This document shows, piece by piece, positions 30,274-40,254 of a DNA stretch of 64,000 bases (position 1 is the stretch's first letter; each line of letters opens with the position of its first letter). The DNA comes from Alphaproteobacteria bacterium (GTDB lineage: Bacteria; Pseudomonadota; Alphaproteobacteria; UBA828). The translations under genes were made by a program, and so were the position numbers. A model generated the notes under the pieces. The model had not been told where the DNA came from, ran no database searches, and was given only the letters and a program-made list of their open reading frames with translations. The DNA lies in NCBI GenBank assembly GCA_965221125.1, contig CBDCRW010000003.1:288001-352000 (forward strand), read 5' to 3'.

Positions 30274-31392
30274 ATGGACATTGACGAGGCAGTCGCGCGC
30301 ACTCAGGACCGTCTCGCCGAGGAAGGCGGCACCATGGGCGATCTGCTCGGGCACTTCCGCAGCAGGGTTTCGACGGCGCTTGTGGGCGATGCGGAATGGC
30401 AGCGCGTACTCGACTGCGCCGGCACGCTTCCCATCACGATGGGGGCTCTTCCCTTCGGCTTCGAGCTGCCGCTGCACGAACGCGAGCCGCAGGCGGATTT
30501 CGGCGTCTCGCTCGCGAGCGGCACCCGGCCGGCTGCGCATTTCCTGGAGCGCGCCCTCGCCGACAAGACGGATGAGACCGCGCTGGCAATCGCCCGGCTG
30601 TTCGGCCGGATGGAAAGCGAAGACTCGCCGCTGCGCGACATCGTCGGCCGCAAGCTGATGCTGGAATACGACATCGGCTCGGCAGAGGGCGGCGAACGTT
30701 CGTTGCCGGGACTGTTTCTGCGGCCCGGCGAGCGCCCGATCATGGGCGGCTGCGCTCAGGCGGACGATGTCGCCACGGTGGTCGACGCGCTCGTATCCTG
30801 CCTGGGCTGGGAGACGAACGATGCGGCGCGGGAGAACGTCAGGCGCGTTTACCTGGCGCAGCCGGAGGACACGCGCATGGATTCGTTCGGCGTGTTTCCG
30901 TCCCGTTCACGGGCAATCCGGCTCGCGATCATGGGCTTCAAGTCGGGGCGGGAAACGTGTTCCTATCTCGAAGACACGGGCTGGCCGGGCGAGACCTCGG
31001 CCGTGGCCTCCGTGATCGCCCGCTTCAGGGAGCGCGCGAACATTGTCAGGGTCGGGGTGAATATCGACGTGCACGAAGAGGGCGTCGGCCCGACGCTCGG
31101 CCTCACGCTCATCGTCAAGCAGAGATACACGAAAGAGTCGCGCTACTGGCTGGACGGCCTGACCGATTGGGACCCGTTCCTCAAGGCGCTCAGCCACGAG
31201 GACCTCGTCGTTCCGGAGAAGCTCGAAGCGCTGGCCGACTGGGTTTCGAAACCGACGCCGTTGTTTGCGAAGTCCGGGCGCTACGTGCTGCTGCGCGGCA
31301 TTCACCACATGAAGCTGGTCGTAGCCGACAATCGGCTCCGAAAGGCGAAGGCCTACGTGTTCATGGTGCTTTCCGCAGCAGCTTCCGCCTAA
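30274..31392 (+). CDS. Uncharacterised RiPP-cluster protein (372 aa)
   Basis: GAGGA RBS, ATG 9 bp after the YcaO stop, normal globular composition; motifs FGFELPL, MLEYD, HHMKL, KAKAY. Confidence 0.8.
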   Translation: MDIDEAVARTQDRLAEEGGTMGDLLGHFRSRVSTALVGDAEWQRVLDCAGTLPITMGALPFGFELPLHEREPQADFGVSLASGTRPAAHFLERALADKTDETALAIARLFGRMESEDSPLRDIVGRKLMLEYDIGSAEGGERSLPGLFLRPGERPIMGGCAQADDVATVVDALVSCLGWETNDAARENVRRVYLAQPEDTRMDSFGVFPSRSRAIRLAIMGFKSGRETCSYLEDTGWPGETSAVASVIARFRERANIVRVGVNIDVHEEGVGPTLGLTLIVKQRYTKESRYWLDGLTDWDPFLKALSHEDLVVPEKLEALADWVSKPTPLFAKSGRYVLLRGIHHMKLVVADNRLRKAKAYVFMVLSAAASA

Positions 31393-31412
31393 AATCGGCC
31401 TCGAAAGAACGA

Positions 31413-31439
31413 ACCCCCCTTCGGTCTGGGAAGGGGGGT
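31413..31439. terminator. Hairpin between convergent genes
   Basis: ACCCCCCTTC-N7-GAAGGGGGGT perfect 10-bp stem; no strong U-tract. Confidence 0.55.
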
Positions 31440-31511
31440 CAGTTCAGGTCGTCAAAGGTCGCGGACTCGGATTGGCCCGCTTCGTGACCGGCTGCGCGCC
31501 GGCCACCCGGC

Positions 31512-31763
31512 CTACCAGCAGCAGCAGAGACCGGCCGAGATGGCTTCGAGCTGCTCTTCGGTAATGTTCGGGTCCGGCGGCAACGCCAGATGCACCGTCT
31601 GCATGTCGCTCTCGTGGACCTTGATGGTCATCGATTCCGGAATCGTGATGCCCAATTCCTCGCTGATGGTGTTCTTCGGGTCCGCGAGAAGCTGTTGCCT
31701 GAAGTCCGAATCCAGAGAGGACTTCTCGACAATGTGTTGCAGCATTTCATCGCCACTTCTCAT
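31512..31763 (-). CDS. srpE: NHLP/proteusin precursor peptide, 78-aa leader + core LCCCW
   Basis: DSDFRQQLLADPK...VHE...HLALPP...ITEEQLEAISAG then LCCCW; GGAGGA RBS; symbol from recall of the LCCCW core. Confidence 0.92.
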   Translation of the reverse strand: MRSGDEMLQHIVEKSSLDSDFRQQLLADPKNTISEELGITIPESMTIKVHESDMQTVHLALPPDPNITEEQLEAISAGLCCCW

Positions 31764-31912
31764 GGCAATCCTCCATAGTTCCGGGCGGCGGGCGGCTCCC
31801 TTGGGCGGGCACCGATATCACTAGCATGTCACCAAATCAAGCATTCAGGATATATCTCACAAGATCAAGCATTCGGGTTAAACAAAATAATTATGGCGGC
31901 AGTAAGTAATTG

Positions 31913-34345
31913 TTATGGGTTCAGGGAATCCTGGTTTGGCGCGTCGACTCCTTGCTCGCGTTCGAGGGTCGGCTTCGAAGATTTCCGGTCGAGCGCAGTC
32001 AACAGCACCGGCAGCAGCGTCAAATCGGCGATGAACGCAAAGGCAATGATCATCGCGGTCAGGATCCCGACCTGCGCGGTGGGAACGAACGGAGAGAGCG
32101 CGAATATCAGGAAGCCGGCCACCAGCACGATCGTCGTCGTGAACACGGCCCGGCCGGCCGTGTCGTAGGAATAACGCACCGCTTCTTCGGGACTCTGGCC
32201 CAATTCCTGCCGCGCGCGCCGGTACTTGCTGAGAAAATGAACCGTGTCGTCCACGACAATGCCTACGGTCATGGCGACGACGACGGAGAGCGAAAGTCCC
32301 ACCTGCCCGACCGCCAAACCCCACACGCCGAAGCCCAGCGCGGCGGGAATCAGATTGGGGACGATGCTGATCAGGCCGAGGCGAAGCGATCGGAAAGCGA
32401 AAAGAAGAATGGCGGAAATGGCCAGGAGCACCACCATTGTCCCGATCAGCATGGCGCGGATGTTGCGCTGGCCGATGTAGGCGAACAGCGCGGCGGGGCC
32501 GGTGCTGTTGACGCTCGCGACATGGGCTGCGTTTTCCTTCAGCCAGGCCTCGGCGTGCGCGTTCAGGTCGAGCACCTCCTGCGACGATAGCGTCTCCGCC
32601 GATACCGACACGCGCGTGGCGGACCTGGACCTGTCGATCTGGTTGTTCACGCCCAGGCCCAGCGGAAGCGAAAGCTCGTAAAGCAGCAGGTACTGCGCCA
32701 CCAGCTCCTGGCTCTCCGGAAGCCGGTACGCGGCCGGGTCGTCGCCGTGCATGCTCTTGTTGAGCTGGCGGAAGGTATCGGTGATGACCGCCACGTGACG
32801 CACCGGCGCCTGCGCGCGGTACCACGCGGCGAAATTCGAGACGTCGGCGAGGAAAAGCGGATCGGTCGCGCCGCCCTCGGCATGCGCTTCCAGCGAGTAT
32901 TCGAGCAGGGTATTGCCGCTCAGGTGCTCGTCCATGAAATCGGTGTCCTGGCGAAACTCGACGCCTTCGTCGAAGAAATGAACCAGGACATCGTTGAGCT
33001 CGTTGCGCGGAATGGCCGCAGCCATCGCCAGCACGAACACCGCCCAGCCCAGGAACAGCATCTTCCTGTGGCGGAGCACGGAATCCGCCAGCACGTTCGT
33101 ATGCGGCAGGCGGAGCCGGCGCTCCCTTGCGGCAGGAAACGGAAGGAGCGAGAGCACGGCCGGCACAAGCCGGCGGTCCCTCGGCGCGCGAAGCGGGAGA
33201 AGCGAGAGCACGGCCGGCATGAACGTGACGGAGAGAATGAAGGAGGCCGCGATACCGATGGCGACGAAGTTGCCGAGATCGCGGTAGGGCGGCACTTCGG
33301 AAAAGTTCATGCTCAGGAATCCGAGCGTGGTCGTGAGGCTCGCCAGAAACACCGGATGCAGGTTGAGCCTCACGGCTTCGACGATGGCATCGCGCTTGGA
33401 ATCCCCGGCGCGCAGACGCTGCTGCAACGCCACGAGCAAATGCACACAGTTCGCCACCACGATCATCAGCACGATGGTCGGCGCCGGGGCTACGGGCGGA
33501 GAGAACGGCAGACCGAGCCACACGCCCAGGCCGACCGAGACGAGAATGGAAAAGACGATGACGATCCCGGTCCCCACCACGCCCGTCCAGCTGCGGGTGA
33601 GGACGCCGAGGATCACGGCCATGAGCAGCAGGCTCGCGGGCAGAAACATCATCTGGCTGCTGACCGAGGCTTCCAGGAAGGTCTGGTTGACCATGACCGT
33701 GCCGACGACGCGGAGGTCCATGCCGGGGAATTGCTGTTCCGCCTCCGCCGCGAGCGCTCTGGCGAATTCCGCGACTTCGGCCACGGCCTCCAACAGGCCG
33801 TCTTCCGGCAGCTCGACGGTGACGTTGACGACGCTGACATCGCCGTTGAGCCCCAGAATGCTGCCGGCGATGCGCGGGTCGGACAGGGCGATGTCGCGGA
33901 GTCGCGCGCGCGCGTCCGCGTCCGCCAGCTCCTGCGGATCGACCAGGTCCCGCACGTACAGATCGTCGCCGTCGGCGGTCGTGTACTGAAAATTGGCGAG
34001 CGAATCGACGCGCCGCGAAAACGGCGTGTTCCAGGCGGCCTTGGTAAGCCAGGCAGCGGCCGTGAGCGCGTCTTCGGACGTGGCATCGCCATCGTCGGGA
34101 ACGATCAGGAAGACGACGTTCTCGTTCTTCCCATAGGTGTTCTCCAGCGCTTCCAGGCCCAGAAGCTGCGGATTGTCCTCGTCGAAGAAGATCCGGTAGT
34201 TGGCGGAGAACTTGAGTTGCGTGACGCCCATCGCCGCGACCGCAACCACGAGCACCGACGCCACGATGACGATCCAGCGGGCGCCGAGCACCCGCTTCGC
34301 AAATCGCGTTGCGAACGGCTCCCTTGCTATGTCGCGCGTGTCCAC
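31913..34345 (-). CDS. MMPL/RND-family transporter
   Basis: Two repeats of TM bundles; LASLTTTLGFLS, GIVVDDTVHFL. Confidence 0.9.
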   Translation of the reverse strand: MDTRDIAREPFATRFAKRVLGARWIVIVASVLVVAVAAMGVTQLKFSANYRIFFDEDNPQLLGLEALENTYGKNENVVFLIVPDDGDATSEDALTAAAWLTKAAWNTPFSRRVDSLANFQYTTADGDDLYVRDLVDPQELADADARARLRDIALSDPRIAGSILGLNGDVSVVNVTVELPEDGLLEAVAEVAEFARALAAEAEQQFPGMDLRVVGTVMVNQTFLEASVSSQMMFLPASLLLMAVILGVLTRSWTGVVGTGIVIVFSILVSVGLGVWLGLPFSPPVAPAPTIVLMIVVANCVHLLVALQQRLRAGDSKRDAIVEAVRLNLHPVFLASLTTTLGFLSMNFSEVPPYRDLGNFVAIGIAASFILSVTFMPAVLSLLPLRAPRDRRLVPAVLSLLPFPAARERRLRLPHTNVLADSVLRHRKMLFLGWAVFVLAMAAAIPRNELNDVLVHFFDEGVEFRQDTDFMDEHLSGNTLLEYSLEAHAEGGATDPLFLADVSNFAAWYRAQAPVRHVAVITDTFRQLNKSMHGDDPAAYRLPESQELVAQYLLLYELSLPLGLGVNNQIDRSRSATRVSVSAETLSSQEVLDLNAHAEAWLKENAAHVASVNSTGPAALFAYIGQRNIRAMLIGTMVVLLAISAILLFAFRSLRLGLISIVPNLIPAALGFGVWGLAVGQVGLSLSVVVAMTVGIVVDDTVHFLSKYRRARQELGQSPEEAVRYSYDTAGRAVFTTTIVLVAGFLIFALSPFVPTAQVGILTAMIIAFAFIADLTLLPVLLTALDRKSSKPTLEREQGVDAPNQDSLNP

Positions 34346-34382
34346 AGGACCGAGGCCCCTAGTTGCGGGCGGCCTGCTCGCA

Positions 34383-37322
34383 TCATGCGACCTGCCTCCT
34401 GACCAGTTCCCTGAAGACTCCGTCGACCTCCATGAGTTCGTTGAACGAGCCGTCTTGCACGACTCGTCCGGCCTGCAGCACGTAGATGCGGTCGGCCTGC
34501 TGCAGCGTGGACAGCCGGTGGGCGATGACGATCCGGGTGGACGTGAGCAGGGCCAGGTTCTGCATGACCTCGGCCTGGCTCTCGTTGTCGAGCCAGTTGG
34601 TCGCCTCGTCGAGCAGCATGATTCGCGGGCTGCCGATCAGCGAGCGGGCGATGGTGACGCGCTGACTCTCGCCGCCCGACAGGACGGAGCCGCTGCCGCC
34701 TACCATCGTCATCATGCCCATGGGCATGGCCTTGATTTCCCGTTCGATCCCGGCCGCGCGGGCCGCCTGCCACACGTCCTCGGTGGTCGTCCCCTCGTGG
34801 TGGGCGACGATGTTGTCCCACAGATCCTGCGGATGGAGCCGCACCGACTGCGGGACCGCGCCGATCTTCCGGCGCACCTGCTTCAGGTTCAGGTGTCGCA
34901 GGTCGCGCCCGTCATAATACACCGCGCCGGCGGTCGGCCGGTCGATTCCGAGCGCGAGCCGGAAGAGCGTGCTCTTGCCGGCGCCGGATTCGCCCGCGAT
35001 CGCGACGAAGTCGCCGGGCTCCGCGCGGATCGTGACATCGTCGAGGATCAACGGGCCGTCGGGCTCGTAGCGGAAGGACACCCGGTCGAACAGGACCTCG
35101 CCGCCGAGCCGCTCGACCGGCTCTCCTTGCGCCTCGGTCTCGGGCACGGCGGCGAGCAGCGGGCGCATCTGGTCGAACGCCGGCAGCATGGCGGCAACGG
35201 TGCCGAAGGAGTCGCCGAGCCGGGCGATGGCGGCCTGGAAGGCGATGAAGACGGTGTAGACGACGAGAAAATCGCCGACCGGGCCGTTCCGCTCGCCCAC
35301 CGTGACCACTGCGCACAGCAGCACCCCGCCGGCGATAAAGGGGAGCGCGGCGCCGAATGCCCGCGAATGCCCCTCGAGCGCACCCAGCTCGAGCTCCGCG
35401 CGTTTCTGCTCGCGATAATCCTGCGCCCAGATGGCGAACGCCGAGCCTTCCGCGTTTTCCACGCGCAGCTTGGCGATCCCTCCCACGATCTGGAACAGCC
35501 GGCCGGCGACGCGGCGCACCGCGCCGATCATCCGCCCGTAGGGCGCAATCTGGCGCAGCCCGATGCCAACGGTGACCAGCAGCGAGCCGATGCTGAAGAC
35601 GAGAGCGATGCCGCCCAAGGTGGCATCGTAGAAGAAGATGACCCCGAAGACCGGAAGCAGGAAGACGACCGACAGCAGGCTGTCGGCGACGACCCCCTGC
35701 AGCCCGTCGCGGAGGTTCTGGAACGTCATGCCGGACATGGCCAGATCGCCGGCCGGGTGGCGGTGCAGCACGGCCGGCGGAAGGCGCATGAGGCGGTCCC
35801 AGAAGGCGGCTTCGACCCGCGACGCCGAGCGCCCCTCAAGCCGCATCATCGCCGTGCCCTGCAGCAGGTGAAGCATCGCGCCGAGCAGGCCGAACCCCGC
35901 CAGCGTCGCGGCCGCGGCATAGATCGCTCCGGCGCTTCCGCCCGCCACGATGTGGTTCGCGACGAAGCCGAGCGCGAGCGCCGGCAGCAGCTTGATGAGA
36001 CCGCCGGGAAGCCCGGCAAGCACCAGCCGGGCCATGTCCGGGCCCGAGCCCTGCAGGGCAAGCCGCAGCAGGTCGCTCGGCTTCACCTGCCCCGACGGCA
36101 GGGGGCGATAGAACATCCAGGCTTCGTTCTGCAGCGCGGCGGCGCGCTCCGCCGTGACGCGCACGCTGCGCCCGCTGACCGGGTCGATCTCCCGGTAGCG
36201 CCCGAACGTTCCCGGCAGCAGCGCGACCGGCTGGCCGTCCTCGGCGCGGAACGCCAGCAGGGCGTTGCTGTCGCCCCGCCACCACGTCCCCGCGTCCTTG
36301 AACCGCACGCGCCGGGCGCGCACGCCGGACGCATCGAGAATGTCGACGAGGCCGACAGGCGTATCGGAGTGCCCGGAGCGTGCCGGAATCCTGAAATCGA
36401 TTCCCCGGTGGCGGCCGATGATCTTCAGAGCATCCGCCAGAGCCGTGTCCTCGACATCGCTGTCCCGGTCGGTCGGCTGGTCGTAGATATTGAAGAGTCG
36501 CTGCCGGGCAGATCTCTCGGCCGTGCGGCGGCTGGCGACCCTGGCGCGCTCGAGATTCGCATCGTCGACCACGGCCAGCCGGCGGTTGAGGCGTTCCAGG
36601 GCGAAGGCCACCGCGTGAAAGGAGGCGAGAGTCGGCAGCAGCAGGCCTTGCCGCACCAGCGCCTCGGTCGACTTGCCGGATACCTCCGCCTCGTCCAGCA
36701 GGGTGAGCCAGCTCGTCCGCGTCAGCGGTATGGCCGCTTCGTGCGCGCCGCCCGCCCCGGCGAACTCCGCCTGGTCGATCATGTCCATGAACAGGCTCGC
36801 ACCACGCGAGGGTTCGGACACCCACACCACGCCGCGCCTCACGGACAGCGTGCAGGGGGCCAGCGTCTGGGTCACGCCGGGCTCGGCCAGCGCGGTCTTG
36901 CGCGGAAGGTAGCCGACGAAACGCGACAACTCGTCGGTGATGGCGACCAGCCACGTATCGACCTGCTCCGCCAGCTCTTCCGGATGAGCCTCGGAGAGCA
37001 GGGATGCCGGCAGGCGCTTGAGCATGGTGCCCGGCAATCCCTTGGCGATCAGGCCGAGCCGCGTTTCCTTGCCGTCGCCCTGCTCGTCCGGCGCGACACC
37101 CGGCAGCAATTGCCCCGCTTCGCGGCGCAGCAGGTGCTGCGGCGCCGCCTGCTCCACCCCGTCCTTGAATTCGACGAAGAACAGGTCGACGGCGCCCCGG
37201 TCGATGAACCAGACACTGTCCGGGTCGTCGAGCTTGACCGGCAGGTTGCCGGCGCAGGGCACGGACGTGCCGGAGCGCGCGGCGAGCGCGGCGATCGATT
37301 CGTGTTCCGGCCCGGCCTGCAT
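34383..37322 (-). CDS. NHLM bacteriocin-system ABC transporter, ATP-binding/permease subunit
   Basis: GESGAGKS, LSGGE, LLDEAT, AFWDRLMRLP; ATG at 37322 overlaps the upstream TGA. Confidence 0.9.
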   Translation of the reverse strand: MQAGPEHESIAALAARSGTSVPCAGNLPVKLDDPDSVWFIDRGAVDLFFVEFKDGVEQAAPQHLLRREAGQLLPGVAPDEQGDGKETRLGLIAKGLPGTMLKRLPASLLSEAHPEELAEQVDTWLVAITDELSRFVGYLPRKTALAEPGVTQTLAPCTLSVRRGVVWVSEPSRGASLFMDMIDQAEFAGAGGAHEAAIPLTRTSWLTLLDEAEVSGKSTEALVRQGLLLPTLASFHAVAFALERLNRRLAVVDDANLERARVASRRTAERSARQRLFNIYDQPTDRDSDVEDTALADALKIIGRHRGIDFRIPARSGHSDTPVGLVDILDASGVRARRVRFKDAGTWWRGDSNALLAFRAEDGQPVALLPGTFGRYREIDPVSGRSVRVTAERAAALQNEAWMFYRPLPSGQVKPSDLLRLALQGSGPDMARLVLAGLPGGLIKLLPALALGFVANHIVAGGSAGAIYAAAATLAGFGLLGAMLHLLQGTAMMRLEGRSASRVEAAFWDRLMRLPPAVLHRHPAGDLAMSGMTFQNLRDGLQGVVADSLLSVVFLLPVFGVIFFYDATLGGIALVFSIGSLLVTVGIGLRQIAPYGRMIGAVRRVAGRLFQIVGGIAKLRVENAEGSAFAIWAQDYREQKRAELELGALEGHSRAFGAALPFIAGGVLLCAVVTVGERNGPVGDFLVVYTVFIAFQAAIARLGDSFGTVAAMLPAFDQMRPLLAAVPETEAQGEPVERLGGEVLFDRVSFRYEPDGPLILDDVTIRAEPGDFVAIAGESGAGKSTLFRLALGIDRPTAGAVYYDGRDLRHLNLKQVRRKIGAVPQSVRLHPQDLWDNIVAHHEGTTTEDVWQAARAAGIEREIKAMPMGMMTMVGGSGSVLSGGESQRVTIARSLIGSPRIMLLDEATNWLDNESQAEVMQNLALLTSTRIVIAHRLSTLQQADRIYVLQAGRVVQDGSFNELMEVDGVFRELVRRQVA

Positions 37323-39526
37323 CAGCCCGACATGACCAGCTTGTAGTACGTGCCGTCCTCGTCCGCGATCAGCGCGTCGTGCGTTCCGCGCTGCACCTCC
37401 GCGCCCTTGTCGAGCACGATGATCTCGTCGCAATCCCGCACGGTGCTCAGCCGGTGCGCCACGATCAGGCAGGTGACGCCGCGCCGCCGCAAGGCATCGT
37501 CGACGTATTCCTCCGTCGCGGCGTCTAGAGCGCTGGTCGCCTCGTCCAGAACGATCACCGTCGGATGGCCGACCAGCGCACGGGCGATTTCCAGCCTCTG
37601 CCGCTGGCCGCCGCTGAAATTCACCCCGCCTTCCTCGACCGGGGTCGCGTAGCCTTGAGGCCTGAGCAGGATTTCGTCGTGGATCCGGGCATCCCGCGTC
37701 GCGGCGACGATGGCCTCGTCGGGAACGGCCGGGTTCCACAACGTGATGTTGTCGCGCAGCGAGGCGGAGAAGAGCACGACATCCTGATCCACCATGGAAA
37801 TGGACCGCCGCAGCACGTCCTCCGGAATCTCCTCCCGAAGATGGCCGTCGAACAGCACTTCGCCCGACCAGGGCTGACAGATGCCCGAAACCAGACGCGC
37901 GAGCGTCGACTTTCCGGAACCGCTGGGGCCGACGATGGCAACCCGCTGCCCCGGCTCCAGCACGAGATTGAAGTCCTTTATCAAGGGCGGCCGGCTCTTG
38001 TTGAAACCGAATGTGACGTTTCTGAGTTCGAGATGGCCGGCAAGCTGGAGCCGGCCGTTGAAGGTGGAGATCGACTCCGATTCCTGGCTGCGGCGGCTGA
38101 TGACCGGGTCTTGCGCGGCCTTGGAGATGTCGTCCAGCCGTTGCAGGTCGGTCTCCAGCGCCTTGCGCCTGTCAGCAAACTCCAGGAAGCGCCCGACAGG
38201 CGCGAGAAACATCTCCGCCAGGATGTAGAACCCAACCAGAGTGCCGAGCGTCATGTCTCCGGCCAGGACCATGCTGCCCCCGAGGCCCAGGATCGCCGCT
38301 GCGCGCAGCGCGGCGACGAGGCCCGGAAGCGCGGTGTTGACGGAGCCCAGCTCGGAATAAAGCTGGCGCGCATGCAACTCGCGCGCCTGCTGACCGCTCC
38401 AGCGCGAGAAGAAGCGGTCGTCCGCGCCCGTCATGCGCAGGTTCTCGGCATGGCTCAGCATCTGCATGCCAACGCCGATCAGCAGCCCCTGCTCGCGCCG
38501 CATCGCCTGGCTTCGCACGGCGCGGAGCGCGTTGAGACCATGCGCCAGCAATCCGTGCACGATCGCCAGCAACAGCACGATCAGCGTGAGCACGACGTCG
38601 TAGGCGAACATCGCGATGAGCAGCACGGCGCTCATTGCCATGTCTATGATGAGCACGAGGAACTGGTCCGTCAGGTTCTTCGCTATCCGGTCGACGGACG
38701 AGACCCGGTCGGTCAGGTCGCCGACCAGCCTGTGCTCGAAGAACTCCACGGGCAATCGCAGCAGACGCGACAAGCTCCGGCTGTAGCCGATCACCGAAAT
38801 CCGCACGGCAAGCCGCTTCAGGAAGCGGTGCCTGAGAAGGGACAGGATGTAGACCAGCGCTCCGCCGCCAAGCAGGGCCGCCACCAGTCCGCCCCAGCGC
38901 CCGTGGTTTTCCAGGACATCGTCCACGAACACGCTGAGAGACGCGGGAACGATGAGCGCCAGCAGCGTCAGCATGAATCCGCAGGCGACCACACCGGTGA
39001 GCATGCGCCACGAGTCGACGAGCGAGGCGCTCAGTTGCCGGAACAGGTCGGGCTGCTTGCCGCCGGGGCTGAAATCGGCGCCGCGCTTGAACCGCAGCGC
39101 GATACCGCTGTAGTCCTTCTCGAATTCTTCCGCCGTGAGCCTGCGCCGCCCCGTGGACGGGTCATTGAGATGGTGATGGCGGCCGTCGAACCCCTCGTAG
39201 ACGACGAAATGGCTGAACTGCCAGAACAGGATCAGAGGCAAGTCCAGCTTTTTCAGCTGCGCGGCGCGCACGCTGAGCCCGTTGCATTCGAGACCGTAGT
39301 GCCTGGATGCGCGCAGGATGCTCGCGGCGCTGCTGCCGTCCCGGCTCACCTCGCATTTCTCGCGCAGCTCGGTCAGCGGCACCCAGCGCCCGAAATAGGC
39401 CAGCACGCTGCCGAGGCAGGCGGCCCCGCATTCCGATGCATGCATCTGCAGCAGAATGGGCGTGGTTACCCGTCGCTTCGAGACGTCCGCCTGATCTCCG
39501 GTTTTCTTCGAGGCGCGTCGCAGCAT
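37322..39526 (-). CDS. NHLM C39 peptidase / ABC transporter
   Basis: QMHASECGAACL, HFVVYEG and NDP (catalytic Cys/His/Asp present); GPSGSGKS, FSGGQRQRLEIARAL. Confidence 0.93.
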   Translation of the reverse strand: MLRRASKKTGDQADVSKRRVTTPILLQMHASECGAACLGSVLAYFGRWVPLTELREKCEVSRDGSSAASILRASRHYGLECNGLSVRAAQLKKLDLPLILFWQFSHFVVYEGFDGRHHHLNDPSTGRRRLTAEEFEKDYSGIALRFKRGADFSPGGKQPDLFRQLSASLVDSWRMLTGVVACGFMLTLLALIVPASLSVFVDDVLENHGRWGGLVAALLGGGALVYILSLLRHRFLKRLAVRISVIGYSRSLSRLLRLPVEFFEHRLVGDLTDRVSSVDRIAKNLTDQFLVLIIDMAMSAVLLIAMFAYDVVLTLIVLLLAIVHGLLAHGLNALRAVRSQAMRREQGLLIGVGMQMLSHAENLRMTGADDRFFSRWSGQQARELHARQLYSELGSVNTALPGLVAALRAAAILGLGGSMVLAGDMTLGTLVGFYILAEMFLAPVGRFLEFADRRKALETDLQRLDDISKAAQDPVISRRSQESESISTFNGRLQLAGHLELRNVTFGFNKSRPPLIKDFNLVLEPGQRVAIVGPSGSGKSTLARLVSGICQPWSGEVLFDGHLREEIPEDVLRRSISMVDQDVVLFSASLRDNITLWNPAVPDEAIVAATRDARIHDEILLRPQGYATPVEEGGVNFSGGQRQRLEIARALVGHPTVIVLDEATSALDAATEEYVDDALRRRGVTCLIVAHRLSTVRDCDEIIVLDKGAEVQRGTHDALIADEDGTYYKLVMSG

Positions 39527-39538
39527 CTCTTGGCCGCC

Positions 39539-40078
39539 TCAATCGAAGAAGGCGACCGGAGCCTGGGTGCCCAGCTCAATGACGATCCGGCACTTGCCGC
39601 CCGCAAGCGACGCAAGATCAACGCTTTCGTCGAGCGCGATATCGACGCGGTGCACGGTCACCGGCGCCGTGGACGCAACTGCCGTCAACTCTTCGGACAC
39701 GGGCGCGGGCGACATCGTCTCGATCACGCCGTCGAGCGTGCCGGATGTTCCACCGGCCAGGTCCACCTCTATCGCCACGGAAACACCGGCCTCGATATCC
39801 TCCGCGACGTCGCCCTCGATCCAGACGAGTGCGTGCACGGACCGCTGGCCTTCGGGCGAGTCGATGCCCGGCTCGAGCAACACGCCGTCGACCGCAAGGC
39901 TGCGGGTCACGCTGCCGAAGAAGAGCCACGCCAGGAGGATGCACAGCAACAGGGCGACACCGACGACCAGCAGACGCTCCCGCGGCGTGGAAATCGTCAG
40001 CAGGCGGTCGAGCTGTTCTCGTTCGTCCTTCGCCTCGGCGACAGTATTATGAAACGAGTCGAATGGACTATTAAACAT
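39539..40078 (-). CDS. Shortened NHLM secretion (HlyD-like) protein
   Basis: EQLDRLLTISTPR + single TM + LAWLFFGSV; only 179 aa. Confidence 0.7.
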   Translation of the reverse strand: MFNSPFDSFHNTVAEAKDEREQLDRLLTISTPRERLLVVGVALLLCILLAWLFFGSVTRSLAVDGVLLEPGIDSPEGQRSVHALVWIEGDVAEDIEAGVSVAIEVDLAGGTSGTLDGVIETMSPAPVSEELTAVASTAPVTVHRVDIALDESVDLASLAGGKCRIVIELGTQAPVAFFD

Positions 40079-40254
40079 AACCGTGCGTCGCCTCCCCGCG
40101 GAGAGCCAGCAGAGACAAAGAAAATCCGATTCGGTGCGGCAAAAACTGGGGAGGTCCTATACAATCTCGACCAAGTGATAACAAGTCCTCAGGTCCGGGA
40201 CGCCGGGACATCGAACGATTCCGGCAAACCAACGCACGATGCGGCACGTTCATC

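Noticed and set aside
31512-31763. Calling the LCCCW/YcaO/halogenase core a wholly new system
   Set aside because: It matches my recollection of the published sponge-microbiome srp clusters; novelty is claimed only for the accessory genes
33100-33220. Short internal duplication in the MMPL gene (PAVLSLLP twice)
   Set aside because: In frame and in a linker region; no sign of functional significance
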